The position numbers were made by a program, and so were the translations under genes. From NCBI GenBank assembly GCA_030770535.1, contig JASVEC010000013.1, forward strand, positions 186,001 to 250,000: 64,000 nt of DNA, given 5' to 3'. Origin of the DNA: Batkoa obscura. Taxonomy: Eukaryota. This document shows positions 49,391 through 63,233 of this stretch, piece by piece. Under the pieces are notes generated by a model. The model was not told where the DNA came from. It saw nothing but the letters and a program-made list of their open reading frames with translations, and searched no databases. How positions within the stretch are numbered: the stretch's first letter is position 1; each line of letters begins with the position of its first letter.

Positions 49391-50942
49391 ATCATTAATA
49401 TCATATAGGTAAATAAATTTATGCTGCAAAGTTTGTCATGATTTAATTGCTCTACGAAAATTAGTGGACATAGCTGCTCATTCATGGCACTCAAGTGATT
49501 AACTTTTTAAAGCTTCATATTTTCAAGATTTAAAAAAAAGGACAAAGTTCTGAGTTCTTTAACACAAAACTCGAAACTCATAAAAATAGAAGAGGTAAAA
49601 GAATAGATTAATAAGTAGGAAAAGTGGCTAGACTAGTGAAGATAAGGTTTTTCCCACAGTTATTATGGAAGGTAAATTAGAATACCTAATGCTTTTGAAG
49701 AAAGGATTCCATTCAAATCGACCAAGTCACAGTATTGGTTTTAAAAAAGTATACTGAGGTCCAGATTTACATTTATTATAAACATTGCTAATCTGATACT
49801 TTCAAAGTAATCATAGAATAATTTAAATTATAATTTGATATAAAAGGCTCTCAACTATAAATAAGTATAGTTTCAAGCTATAACTAGAGCAAATTGCACA
49901 TAACAATGTTGCTCATTTCGACTTTTTTCGAAACCTCAACTGAACTAGCTCATAATTTTACTTTTATTTAGATTGATAATCGTCATTTGATTATCAGTAT
50001 TGTGATGTTAATTCTGAGAATAAAAATTTGCCCAAAGACATTTTTTCATGATTTTTAATCGAGTTGCAAAATTTATAGCCAAAAAGTTAAATTTAAATTC
50101 ATCCAATAGTCACACCGTGGATAGAATCCCACTAATTCTATACCCTTAATTTTAATTAAATTAAGTGCATGAGTTTATTATGTAATCTATTAAAAAAAGC
50201 CAATTAATATGAGTTGAAATGACTTCATGATGATATCAATTACAAAACAATCAAAGAACGGCATTTATTAAGGATAAGTTACATAAAGAATAAGTCTGAA
50301 ATTTATCAGACGAAATTTCTTAATACACTATAAATTGAATCATATTGCTATTTTAAAGTTCAATTATTAATTCTCTTCAATATACTAGGTAATAATGAAA
50401 TTAAGTGAGTATAATTAAAGTTTACCCAGCTAAGTATTATAAAGTACACAAACACTATGGATTTGCAGATATTTTGCCGGCAGACATTCGGTATATTGTT
50501 ATAAAGTTTATTTTCTTGCAATTTTATATAGAAACAGTCAGAAAAAGGTAGTAAAATGATACTATTTTAGTTTAATGCTAAGAAAACTATTTGTTTTATG
50601 TTTAATAGATTTATCTAGAATTAATGGGATTTTGCATTATATAATATACCTCCAATCATAAGTAGGTTTGTCTTTGCTATATTTGTATAAAAATTACATC
50701 TAATTTACCATTATTTTAATTGTTCTAAAATGTTAACATGACAACTATACTTTAAAAATAAATCCAAAGTGATTGGCTGATTTTATCTATTTACTATTTG
50801 TAATGTTTAAAATAAATATTAGATACCAAACCAGATAATCAATCTATGTTGAGAAATATGGATAAGGATGATTTCTTGGCTACCACGGAAAGTATAAAAT
50901 GAGAGAGATTCTCTGTAATATATATTTTTTAAAATATATTAA

Positions 50943-52624
50943 ATGAGCGATGAAAGAGAACTTAGTGCTAAGTTTCTAAACTTAAAGTCAAAAGTTAGAA
51001 AATTCGAAAAACTGTTTGATACTTTTTTGAGTTTAGAAAAAAATCGAATCGACTTCAAATTAAATCGAAAAGTAGCTTCAGGTAAAGTCCATCGACTAAT
51101 TTTAGGGTTAGTTTTCAACGCCACTACCATACCTTTGATAAGATCCCCTTTAGGGACAGGTACATTCTTATGTGTTGTGTTTTGTATTTACGCTTATTAG
51201 TTTTTTAGACTATGAACAATTTACACATTACCTATCTAAACTATATTTTTATTTCCAAGACTCCATTGATTTTTTTATTGAGGAATATTTGCTTGAATCT
51301 GATTTAAATGCAAATGATTCAGAATTGTTAAGGGATTCCATTTGCATGATTGGTTATAAGCTAGCATACTATTTGAAATCTGCCAATTTATTAACGCTAA
51401 ACCAAAATTATTTTTACAAAAGATTAAAATTAAAACTTGTCCTTGAAATTGGTGATGTCACGATGATATCATTTGTTGCATGGATTATGATACTCTATAT
51501 GGAAATAAGTTATGGCGAATATGAATTAGCATCTTATTCAAAAGGTAAACCTTATTACTTTTATAATTACATTATGCTAAAATATTTTATATTTAATTAT
51601 ATTTTGCATAGTTAGATTAGTGAAGTAAGTGTTTTGTTTTCAACATAATGGAATTATATTAATTACATCTTTAGATTATCACATATCATTGGGTTACAAT
51701 CAAAAATATTAAAAAACACAGAAGTAAACCCATTTCGTTCGAAAATGTTAAATTATAATTTATTGTGGAGCTTGTATACCAATTACATCATTCAAATTAA
51801 TCTTCACTACAATATACCAAGAATTGATATCCCTGTATGTGATCTCACTATTACCGACAATCAAATTAATATGATGTATTTTTATCCTAAAGATATTGTA
51901 AGTATATTAAATTAAATTAAATTAAATTAAAAATTAAATTTTGCTATAGGGTGGCTCAATTGCTCCTTTCTCATTTAAAGTAGCGCAACTGTCATTAAAC
52001 CAAACGATCCAAAAAATATATTTATTATCAAAAGAATGTAAAAGCCAAAGGGGTAACTACAACAAAGTAAAAGATGATAGCGTAAAGATATTATTATTTA
52101 TAAACAAATGTATGAATTCCTACATCACTTGGGAGACGAAATTTTTGAATAAGGATGAACATGTATTCAGTGATTCAAACTTTATTGGGAAACTTTATTA
52201 CTATACAGCATTTAAACACCAATATCTATTGACGCTGATTTTGTTTAAAAAAATCAACAAAGTGAGACATACTAATAAAATATCAATTCATCAGTTCTTA
52301 AGCAATTATTCCTTACCCTCAATCCAAACAATCAAAGAAAAGTTAGTATCAACGTATAATATTATCGATAATTATTTTAGTAACAAATATTCACAGTTTC
52401 ATTCTGATTTGTTCTTTATTACAAACTATAAATCAGTACTCCCATTATATAGTTTGAGTTTGATTTATGGAAAGTCGGGTAAAGAGGATGGAAACTATAA
52501 ACAGCTAATGCGAAAAATCAAGCTATTGTCTAAACATTGGCCTATTTTAAATAGCTATCTTGAATTAAAATTTTGGCCTTTCATTGAAAGTGGTAATTTA
52601 TTTCTATGTATTTTTTCTTGCTAA
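50943..52624 (+). CDS. Multi-exon hypothetical protein, weak resemblance to the fungal transcription-factor middle homology region
   Basis: ORFs 50943-, 51172- and 52112- are separated by GT-AG introns; YFYFQDS..FFIEEY...LLRDSICMIGY; no Zn2Cys6 motif seen. Confidence 0.5.
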
Positions 52625-53308
52625 TAGTTAGTAACAGCTTAGGTAGTAGAAGGCCCTAACAATTACTAATTCGTCAATATAATTATAATGAAATTTATAG
52701 GATTTACAGGTATCAGCAAAAAAATCAAGATAATTATTGCAAATAAAAGCAAAATAAGCGTATTGCAGCTTATTTATTAACCTTTATTTAATATCAAATA
52801 TCGAAAAATTACTAGAATAAAAATTAATAATAAAATTTATAGAGTCAAGTTATAGTTTTCATATGCATAATTAATAATAATTTTAATATAACTATACTTA
52901 TAATTAACAAATTTTTAGATTGCAAATATTCACTTTCTAATAAAATTGATCTAATCAATTCTTAGATTTATGTTTCGGAGAAATCTTGTCCAATTAAAGT
53001 TGAAAATGAAATTTTCAAAGGAGGATATTAATTAAGCACAGTAAAAGAACTTAGTCAATTTTTGGTGAAAAATTGATTTTTATGAGCTAAAATCGGTTTT
53101 AAGCTTAAAGAAACTTAGATTGCTTAAATAACTTAAAAAAATTCATAGCTGAATATTTATTGTTTTTTTGCACATAATTATAATTTAAATATTTTGAAAA
53201 CTTATCTTATTTTCATATATTTTAATAAAATATTTGTCTTTTTATAAATTAGCATAAAGCTGTTTTTTAAAAATATTTGTGCTTGTAAAAAAATCACTCA
53301 ATATATTA

Positions 53309-53596
53309 TGGGGGTGTTTTTTTGATTTCATTATTTTTTACATTTTTTAAGCGCTATTTGAGTGGAAAGATTGTTAGTAAAATTCTTAAACAAAAAAATA
53401 CATCCCCATATTATCTTTATTTATGATTTGTGCACTTTTATAAAAAAAATATGACTTAATTAAAAATAATATATTAATAAATTTATAAATACAAATGGGG
53501 ATGTATTTTTGTGTTTAAGAATTTTACTAACAATTTTTCCACTCAAATAGCGCTTAAAAAATGTAAAAAGTGATGAAGCCAAAAAAAACACTCCCA
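53309..53596. mobile_element. Two 100-bp MITE copies (53309-53408 minus, TA/TA; 53496-53596 plus, AA/AA)
   Basis: Family consensus. Confidence 0.9.
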
Positions 53597-53608
53597 AATA
53601 TTTGAAAA

Positions 53609-54073
53609 TGTGAAATATTGGTTTATTAGCTCTCGAATTGATTATAACACAACAATCACTTAAGTTGCTGTGTTCTCAAGTTCAATCACAATCAAGTCAG
53701 AGTCCCTTATTTTGACTTGCTGCGAGAATTTATAACTTCATATTGCAAACAATATTATCCTCTTGTTTTGATATCCATACTTATTGGAGTATAAAAGAGA
53801 TCCTTCAGCATGATAACTCGAGGCTTTTTTAGTTGAATTACTCCCTGATAACGTATCATTAATAAAGTCACTAAGTCTTTCTGACAACATCTTATATAGA
53901 TTTTATAGTAGTATCTTCCATTATATTTGTTTTACATAATTCGTAGCTTATTACATACTATTTCTATTAAGTTAAGTCTATCTTAGTTACATAAACTAAG
54001 ACCGTTCGACTCAAGGCAAGTTAATTAAGCGAGAGTAGCTTTTAACTCCGACCACTGAGTATCAACTTTCACA
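53609..54073 (-). mobile_element. Solo LTR, copy 3 (more diverged)
   Basis: Reverse complement of copies 1 and 2; TSD AAAA. Confidence 0.85.
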
Positions 54074-54298
54074 AAAATAAAAAAGTTTAAAATAACAATA
54101 ATTAATAATTGAATAAAGTGTACATATAAATTTTTAAAAAAATCAAAACTAATTAACTAAGTTGACTGTTGATCTAGCTTATTTTAATGTTAAAAAACAA
54201 AATATAAAATGATAGTTTTATTTTATAAATATGAATTTATAAATTCATAAAATTTATTATATAATTAAAATTAGATAGCATAATTTTACTAATAAATA

Positions 54299-54500
54299 TG
54301 GGGATGTATTTTTATATTTAAGAATTTGAGGATGTTTTTTTTAGTTTCATCACTTTTTACATCTTTTGAGCACTATTTGAGCAGAAAGATTGTTAGTAAA
54401 ATTCTTAAACAAAAAATACATCCCCATTTTGCTAATAATCTTTTCGCTCAAATAGTGCTTAAAAAATGTAAAAAGTGATGAAACCAAAAAAACATCCTCA
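54299..54500. mobile_element. Nested MITEs: minus copy (54327-54426) inserted inside a plus copy
   Basis: The host consensus AAGAATTTTGCTAA is split into AAGAATT | insert | TTTTGCTAA, i.e. TT is duplicated. Confidence 0.9.
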
Positions 54501-55764
54501 TGTTATAAATTGAGTTAGCATTTCATGTAACCAAGTTTAATAGCGATTTGATTTTTAGCCAATAGAAAAATTTTCGTCCAAAATCTTATTTCAATATTCA
54601 ACATAATGAGGTATTTATTACATTATTAGATGATATATTCTTTAAAAAATATTTATCACTTCAGCCATTTATTTTAAAATTCTTTAAATTATTATTTTAA
54701 ACGTAAATAATACATCAATTTTGCTTATTTAGTTTACTGTATTCATTTTATTACATACTACAATATTTAAGAGTTTTTTATAGTATAGATACAAAACCCA
54801 AATATTATTTATCATTCCCAAGGATTATTTACGTAGTATTTAAAATTAATTATTCCAAAAATTTTAAACTATTCAATAGTTAATGTTCTATTACGACGAA
54901 ACGTCATGACTTTATTTTATCAAATTTGTTTCATAATAAAAGTAGATAACATATTCAATGTGTTTAATAAAATACAATATCAAAGATATTTTTATCTAAT
55001 CCTTCTTAAATCGTTCTAAGATTGTATCTCTATGCGATTATTCTAACTAATGATATTGCCTTCTCTTTGTTTTATTTCTTAACATACAAGTGTTTTTATG
55101 TTGCAATATACTCCATAATACAATAATACACCTTTTATACATTTTTTAAATTTATTATTAGAGTATATAATAAATTATGTTTTTCGCACTTTTTTTTGTA
55201 TTTCATTTTTACTTTTACCTTGATAGGTTATTAAGGTGATACTATACAATATAATATCCCAAGTTTATAAAGTGTACCAAAGTAAAAATTGTTTTTAAAT
55301 GATATAGTTTATATATTTGAATAGTTTAAAAACTTAATTAAATCGTAAATAACATTTTTTAATTGATTTTGCTGAATTTTAAAACTATAAGGGCCTTTAT
55401 AAATAGCTTCAGTTTTTGAGTTAAAAATTAAAGGTAATAATATAGAATTGTAATATCAAGGTGTTTTTACATGTTAATAAGTTAAGCACCTTTAGATACA
55501 AGAAGTCTTTTCTGTTGCAAGCAACAACTTGCTTATTTTATTAACCAAGAGCCTGAAGTCCTTTAACGATAATTTACGTTTATCAATAAAGCTTAATTGA
55601 ATCAAATATACACAATTTGTCCTAATAGGATTCTCCTATGGATAAGTCCTTTAATCTTAAAACATTTGATAATGATTAAAAACAATAGCAATAAAAATAC
55701 ATTAATTTGTTCTAAAAGAATACTTTTTTTATTAAATTATTTTATGAGAAGTTAAATATTAGTT

Positions 55765-58700
55765 TCAATCTTGATTTTGTTCGTCTAAAACTTGTTGTTG
55801 TACCATTTCGAAATAGACTCCTTGTTGAGATAAAAGTTCATCATGGCTCCCTCTTTCAACAATGTGTCCATCCTTTAATACTAAAATTACATCAGCACCC
55901 TGAATAGTAGATAACCTGTGGGCAATCGATAGAGTAGTACGACCTTTTGCTGCTTTATCCAATGCTTGCTGTACAACTTTTTCTGATTCAGCATCAAGAG
56001 CAGAGGTAGCTTCATCCAAAAGTAAAATAGATGGGTTTCTAACAAGAGCACGTGCAATAGCAATACGTTGTTTTTGACCACCTGATAATTGAGAGCCTTT
56101 TCCACCTACTTTAGTATCATAACCATTTGGTAAGGTAACAATAAAATCGTGAATATTAGCTGATTTGGCTGCATTTATAACATCATCCATAGTTGGTGAG
56201 GCTCCATATGTACGTGCACCAAACATAATATTGTCTTTAATTGAAAGGTCATAAAGTGAAGGTTCTTGACCTACAAGAGCAATATTATCTCTTAAAGAAG
56301 GAAGATGATAATCTCTTACATCAACACCATCAATCATAACCCTACCTCTTGAAACATCATAAAAGCGTTCCAAAAGCCCAATAGATGTACTTTTACCACA
56401 TCCAGATGGTCCAACTAAAGCAACAAATTGACCAGGTTGAACTTCAAAATCGATACCTTTGAGAATTTTTGCTCCTGGACGGGTAGGATAGTGGAAATGT
56501 ACACCTTCAAATTTAAGAGTACCACGAATAGGGGATTCATTCTTTTCGCTGTTTGAGGTTATTTTACGTCCTGGACCCCCTTCAGTAGAATCAATATGAG
56601 GTTTACGATGAATAAGGTAGAAAATAGATGCAGCAGCATCACGAGCTTTGTTCATATCTGGGGCATAGGCAAAAACTCTTGAAGCACCAGAAGCACCCAT
56701 GATAAGAGCCATGAAAACGGTAAAGAAAGTTTGGACGGTATATTCTCGAGTTGATATTAAACTACCACCATACCAAAATGCAAGAGCATTTACATAGAAA
56801 TTGCATGACATAGAAAGCGCAAATACAAATGAAGAGTAAACAGCGTTACGGTAACCAGCTTTCAATGGTTCTTCTAAAGCATGATGGTATTGTTCGCAAA
56901 TTTGGTCTTCTTTAGTTAGTGAAGCTACGGTACGCATTGCAGCAGCATTCTCACAAGCCATATCAGCAGATTTGGAATAAGACTCCTTATTTTTCTTTTG
57001 GAAATTACGAATCATAGCAATACGTAAATAACCAGAATATAAAATTAATGGTAGGCATGCAATAACAACTAAAGCTAATTTCCATCCAAAAACTAAACCA
57101 ACGATCATTGAGGAGATAAGATTGACGACTATATTGAGAATGGATCCAAATGTAACACCACTAAAACCTTGGATATCTTGAGCATCCTGGGATAAAGCAG
57201 ATATAAGGGAACCTGTGGAGTTGGCATCACGATCAAACCAACCGATTTCTTGCCATAAAATTGAGTTAAAAGAATTCATTCTTAAGCGAGCTGATAATTT
57301 CTCTGAAGAAATAGCAAATCCAAATTGAGAACAAAGTTGTCCAATACCAGCAATTATGGCAATAATAAATAGCATAAGGGCCCAGTATGCAGTATCGTCT
57401 AATAATTTTTGTCCTGTCTGATTAAAGGCATCTAATAAACTAGCAAAAATGATAGAAAAGAAAGGATAGATCAATCCTAATACAATTGAACCAAAGGTAC
57501 CAATGAGGATGAGGTTGGTTTCCGGACGATTAGTTTTAATAATTTCCATAATTAATTCAGATAATGGATTGCTGAATTCACTTGTTACACCTTCCTCAAT
57601 ATTAGATTTAACTGATAAAACTGAATTAGTAGTTGCAACTCTAACTATTTCAGTTTTTCCGTCTTTAGTTTCTACAACAGTATCTACATATTCAGTGGCA
57701 TCGTTATCAACTTCTAGGACTTTTTCATTAACTTCAGTTGATTCCTTTTTACGACGAATATCTTGAATTTCAACTAATTTACGATATGCTCCATTGGGAC
57801 GTGCCATTAACTCATTGTGGTTACCAGCTTCAAGGACACGTCCCCTTTCCATTACAACAATTTTATCTGCATTTTTGATTGTGGATAAACGATGAGCAAT
57901 GACAATAGTTGTACGCCCTTGACTAGCACGGTCTAAAGCTTCTTGAACAATACCTTCTGATTGAGTATCAAGTGCGGATGTGGCTTCATCTAAAAGTAAA
58001 ACTTTTGGATCTTTTACAATAGCTCTAGCAATAGCAATACGTTGTTTTTGACCACCTGATAATAAGAATCCACGCTCACCGACTTGAGTGTCATAGCCTA
58101 AAGGTAATCCGGTAATGAAGGTGTTAGCATTAGATTTAATGCAAGCTTCAATGATAAGTGGTAATTGTTCTTCTCTGGGGGCATGTTCATATTTTGTTCC
58201 AATTAAACCAATAGCAACGTTGTCTGCAATAGTACCACTAAACAAAGTAGGTTCTTGAGATACTAAACCAAGTTGTTGTCTATACCATTTAAGATTTAAT
58301 TTAGCAATATCGTGTCCATCAAGATGTACTTCGCCAGAATCTGGGTCATAAAAACGCTCTAGAAGCTGAATGGTTGTTGATTTACCAGATCCTGAAGCTC
58401 CGACTAAAGCTACAGTGGTACCTGGTTCAATTTTCAAACTATAATCGTCAAAGATTTGTACCTCTGTACGGGAAGGATAGGCGAAGCGAATGTTTTTGAA
58501 CTCGATTTCACCAACAATTTGTGAGAGTTTTTCACCTTCTTTGGAATCAGATCTAATAGGTGGTACACGATCAATAGCTTCAAAGAGTTTAGCGCCAGCT
58601 CCACGAGCATAGGTAACAGCTTGAAAGTGAGGAGGGACATTAGATAACGAAAAAGCACCGAGTAAAATAGCAAAAAAGACATTCACAACTTTACCAGAAC

Positions 58701-59598
58701 CAATAAGTCCCCAATTAATCAATTCCCCTCCATAATAAAAAGCAATAGCATAACCGCAGTAAATAGCAAAAAAGATTATAGCAACACCAATACCAATAGT
58801 GATTGATTTTTTGCGACCTTCTTTTTCAGCTTTCATTATTAAATCATCGTACATTTTTCCAAGTTTCCTTTGTTGATTAAAGGCAACTGCGGTTCTAATA
58901 GATGAGAATACTTCTTCTGCTAAAGTACCGGCTGCTGAATAGAAATTCAACCCATTTGTGGTGTACTTACCTGCAAATTTGTTGAGCACAATAGCGGTTA
59001 CAACAATAACTGGAACAATAGTAAGGACAGCAAGAGCTAATCTCCATTCGGCTGTAAATGCAATTACTAAACCGGAAACGAAAGTAGCAAGATCTTGAAA
59101 TATGATGGCTACTTTTTCTCCAATACCATCTTGAACCATGTTGGTATCACTAGTAATACGAGTAGTGACTTCACCAGCACCTAAATCGTCAAACCAAGCA
59201 ATATTTTGGTGCAAAACTGCACGTAAATATTCTTCACGAATACGATGGATTTGTCTTTCAGCTACATAGATATAACTTGCCATATATAAATAAGTACATA
59301 CTAATACACCGATACCCAAATAAACAAAATAAGTAGCAAATAAGGAAATACTTTCCATAAATACATCAGGTGAACCTCCTCCTGCGAATTCACCCATAAT
59401 TGTGATCATATTTCCAAATAAGATAGATGTAGCAGGTAATGCAGCTCCGGCTCCTACTGCAGTTATTAAACCAATAATCATCAATAGTTTATCAAATGGG
59501 GTAGCATAGGTATATAATTTTCCGAATGAGACTGGGGCCAATTGTTGAGCAGAAGCTACCTTTTCTTTTTCATCGTTTTGTTTTTTTGATTTACCCAT
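55765..59598 (-). CDS. Full-length ABCB (MDR/P-glycoprotein) exporter, TMD-NBD-TMD-NBD, intronless
   Basis: GASGSGKST and GPSGCGKST Walker A motifs, LSGGQKQRIAIARA twice, LLLDEATSALD twice, 2x6 TM helices. Confidence 0.97.
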   Translation of the reverse strand: MGKSKKQNDEKEKVASAQQLAPVSFGKLYTYATPFDKLLMIIGLITAVGAGAALPATSILFGNMITIMGEFAGGGSPDVFMESISLFATYFVYLGIGVLVCTYLYMASYIYVAERQIHRIREEYLRAVLHQNIAWFDDLGAGEVTTRITSDTNMVQDGIGEKVAIIFQDLATFVSGLVIAFTAEWRLALAVLTIVPVIVVTAIVLNKFAGKYTTNGLNFYSAAGTLAEEVFSSIRTAVAFNQQRKLGKMYDDLIMKAEKEGRKKSITIGIGVAIIFFAIYCGYAIAFYYGGELINWGLIGSGKVVNVFFAILLGAFSLSNVPPHFQAVTYARGAGAKLFEAIDRVPPIRSDSKEGEKLSQIVGEIEFKNIRFAYPSRTEVQIFDDYSLKIEPGTTVALVGASGSGKSTTIQLLERFYDPDSGEVHLDGHDIAKLNLKWYRQQLGLVSQEPTLFSGTIADNVAIGLIGTKYEHAPREEQLPLIIEACIKSNANTFITGLPLGYDTQVGERGFLLSGGQKQRIAIARAIVKDPKVLLLDEATSALDTQSEGIVQEALDRASQGRTTIVIAHRLSTIKNADKIVVMERGRVLEAGNHNELMARPNGAYRKLVEIQDIRRKKESTEVNEKVLEVDNDATEYVDTVVETKDGKTEIVRVATTNSVLSVKSNIEEGVTSEFSNPLSELIMEIIKTNRPETNLILIGTFGSIVLGLIYPFFSIIFASLLDAFNQTGQKLLDDTAYWALMLFIIAIIAGIGQLCSQFGFAISSEKLSARLRMNSFNSILWQEIGWFDRDANSTGSLISALSQDAQDIQGFSGVTFGSILNIVVNLISSMIVGLVFGWKLALVVIACLPLILYSGYLRIAMIRNFQKKNKESYSKSADMACENAAAMRTVASLTKEDQICEQYHHALEEPLKAGYRNAVYSSFVFALSMSCNFYVNALAFWYGGSLISTREYTVQTFFTVFMALIMGASGASRVFAYAPDMNKARDAAASIFYLIHRKPHIDSTEGGPGRKITSNSEKNESPIRGTLKFEGVHFHYPTRPGAKILKGIDFEVQPGQFVALVGPSGCGKSTSIGLLERFYDVSRGRVMIDGVDVRDYHLPSLRDNIALVGQEPSLYDLSIKDNIMFGARTYGASPTMDDVINAAKSANIHDFIVTLPNGYDTKVGGKGSQLSGGQKQRIAIARALVRNPSILLLDEATSALDAESEKVVQQALDKAAKGRTTLSIAHRLSTIQGADVILVLKDGHIVERGSHDELLSQQGVYFEMVQQQVLDEQNQD

Positions 59599-61561
59599 TA
59601 TTTAGTATTTTAATAAATAATTGATATTTTGAAGGAAATAATAATTATAATATTATTATTAAAATATATTAAAATAAGTTGTTATTCATTAAAGTACATT
59701 TTATGTTTATTTATATACTATCGTGATTTAAGGTTGAGATAATTTTTATTCACTGATCTATTCACTTTAATAAAATTACTAATAAAATTGACAAATGAAA
59801 TCACAGTTTTTTTTGCTCCCCTAAGAACTTTTCTAATTAAGGCACAGTTTTCATTGATTTTTATTAGTTTACCAGTGTTGGGATAAACTCTGCTTTTCTA
59901 TTTTTTTTAAATTTGGGTAATCCTAAAACCGATAAATTTAATATCATTTTAACCAATTAAAAGCGAGATATTATTGGGTTAACTATTTAGGCGTTAAGTA
60001 TTATATGAATATATTCAATGTTGTAAATTTAATAACTAGATCTGGATAGCTCAAAAACAAATTCTTATTAAGCTAAAAATAACCAGATATTAATGTAATT
60101 TACTTTATAGCTTCGATTATGAGTTAACAATAGCTTTTTTTGTTATTAAAACAATTTTTATAATCTTTTTCTACCAGTATTCTGTTCGTTCCTTTCCTTT
60201 AGCTTAAAAACTGAAAAATGTATTGGGTAAATTGAACAAAAAGCAAGCCCATTCTTTTAAAAAAAAGTTCGGAAATTAAGTGAACCGAGTTTAAGCAGAT
60301 CCGATTTAAGCAGTGAAATTTACTTTTTTAAACTACGGCTTTTTATGCTAACAAATAGAAGACCGAAGCATTATCTTTTTATTACCCAAAATCCTTGTAA
60401 ATATTTAATCATCTCTTATCTATTGCTGCGGCGAGAAATGCTAAATATCAATATACTGGAAAGACAGAAAAAAGTAACAGTATAAATTGACTTGATGTAA
60501 TACCAAAGGTAAGGAAGAGATGACAAATAAGGTATAAGAGTTTATTGAATAAAATATAAAAAACATACAAAGGAACATGAGATGATAAACAAGCAAATAA
60601 CATTTAAAAATAGGTTAAAGAAATAGTGTAACGTATTTTACCGTCATTTAACCTTATAAGATGTTGTTATTTAAAGCACCTTTTAATAATCGATAAATTA
60701 TTTTTTACCCATGAAAAAGATAAAGTGTGGGTCTCAAAATCAACTTTTGAGCCATTGTTTTGAAAAATTGAGAATTGTGGCTTAAGTTACAGTTAAATAT
60801 TAGATAAATATTGTTACTCCTAATATTTAAAAAAAATACATATCTTTTCATTGTCATGAATTGAATAAAATAATTTCGAACTTCATCAATAACCTTTTAA
60901 CAATTTACAAGAAATTTAATCAAACTTAACTACACAATATTTATTATTAAATAAATATAGTAAATTATAAGCTAAATGTATTGATTCTAGACTATCTTGT
61001 TTTAGAAAAATTTAATTATCTAAACAATAGTGTATACAATATAGTTTAAAAAATGATCTAATTTTACTTGTTATATTTATTAAAGTTTCATTTTTATTTA
61101 CTCTATTTTTATTATAGTCAACAACTAAAATAATTTATTAAAGTATAGTTCGTTATATTTAGGATAATATTTATATATACAAGCATCAATTATAAAAGAA
61201 ACACAGTAAAATAATAATAATAATTTTATAATTCTATTCGAAATTTTAAGTTCCAAAAAGTGCATCAGTTGAAAAAACATGCAAAAAGCAACACATAAAA
61301 GTGTGTTATTTCATATTGCTTATCAAGTTGAAATGTATATTTATTTTTTAATTAAATTTCACTTTCAGTATTGGTTTTTAGAAACTCTGCCATAAATAAC
61401 ATAAAATATTTAAGAATGTAACAGAAAAAGCAGGTGAAAACTAAAAATCATATCAAAAAGTAACTATCCATCAATAGTATCCTTTTTAACACATAAACTT
61501 CGGGTCCTGTATTAATACATGTTTTTGGACACTGACTTTGGCGCTAAATACATATTTAATA

Positions 61562-61663
61562 TGGGGGGGTGTTTTTTTGTGTTTAAGAATTTTACTAACG
61601 ATCTTTCCACTCAAATAGCGCTTAAAAAATGGAAAAAGTGATGAAGCCAAAAAAACACTCCCA
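61562..61663 (+). mobile_element. 100-bp MITE copy
   Basis: Family consensus; flanks TA/TA. Confidence 0.9.
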
Positions 61664-63233
61664 TATGTTTTATTAAATTGAGTAAGACATGCAAAAATTT
61701 ATCTTTAAATCTAATAGGCTGATTTTTTGGCAATGAAGCCAATCCTTTTAGAAATAATTAAGTCTTTTTTATGCAAAATATTTTATAGATTTAAAAATTT
61801 ATACTATTAATTCAAATTAAGAATAAATTAATTTTTATAAATAGTATCTTGTTTATTTTAAAAGTAATAAATTCATGGCTTATAAATCAAAATTAAAATA
61901 AAGCAGAGATAAATCTAAATATTTAATTGTGTTTAACTTGGTTTAGTAGAACAAAAATATAAACATACAATGCTGGCTATTAAATCTTAAATTATTAAAA
62001 ATAAACTTTTTCTACATATAAACCTTATGGTTTACCTTTTTATAAAAGTGAATCCTTTGGAGTGGCTACCTCCTAAAGGAAGACAGTAGTACTTTATTAT
62101 ACAAGTCATTAACATTTTTTATCAAATATAGGATTCCAAATTTACTTTTGAAATTTTATATGATTAGTATTTTAAATTGGCTAAATTTTTTATTGCTTAA
62201 ATCTGGTCAAATTTGCAGCTTTTTTGCTTTTAATCAATCAAAACAACCCACATCAAAGTCCAAATTTCTCAAAAAATGCCCAACGTCAGTGTGTTAACAT
62301 TAGTTTTATTTTAACAAAACTGATAAATAAAGGTTGAGTTCAGATAAAGTTTATTACACATGTTTAGTTTATTTTTATAACTGGTTAGATATAAGATTAA
62401 ATAGATGCTTGATTAATATTATTTGGTCTATTTTCCTTGATGAGATATCATTGAGATGATATGGTTTATTTATAAAATTTAATATGTGAAAAAAACAATA
62501 TAAGAAGGAAAGGAATATCAGAAAAGGGGGTTCTAATAAACTACTATGGGAATTATAGGGCTCGGATCAATGATAGCAACCTGCCTTTTTGAGACCCTGA
62601 ATGTTTAGTCCGATAAAAATATCTAAAAGGTATTTGGTCTATTTTTAAACTTATGACTAAACCACTATTTAAAATTTTCCAACTTATTATTTCTGTTTGT
62701 TATTTAAAATGAATAAATCCAATATAAACAACTGATTTTATGCAATAGTAACAAAGTTTCTAATAAAAATTAGACGTTTTTAGTACTTTATTCTTTCACT
62801 GATGAACCCACCTTTTAAGGTTACTTGGATTAGTAATATACTAAATTTAAAAAGGCTACCAGTTTTGAAACTCATGAAAATACCTAATATAATTTTCATA
62901 AATAACTTACAATTTTCAAAAAAAAGCAGGGTAAAAGTATATAATTACAATAACAAAAATTTTACTGTGTAAATATCGGGCCAAGTGGCCTCCAACTAAA
63001 AAAGACTCAGGATTAAAAAAGTCAGAAACAAAAATTAGTATCATAACCAATAGCCTACCTATCTATTTATCAAAGAGCTATGTATTATTTTAAAAATATC
63101 TAATACACGATCAGCAAAACCCAATAAGTTTGTTAATAGCATTAAATAAAAACTTTTACAAACCATCAACTAATATGATTGATGTATCTTTGTTGTTATC
63201 TTTATCTATGAATAACTCCAAGTAAAGCTTAAA

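Noticed and set aside
30139..53596. Opposite-orientation MITE pairs as ends of composite transposons
   Set aside because: Interiors are unrelated, each copy has its own 2-bp duplication (TA vs AA in the 53.3 kb pair), and one pair encloses ordinary tyrosinase upstream homology.
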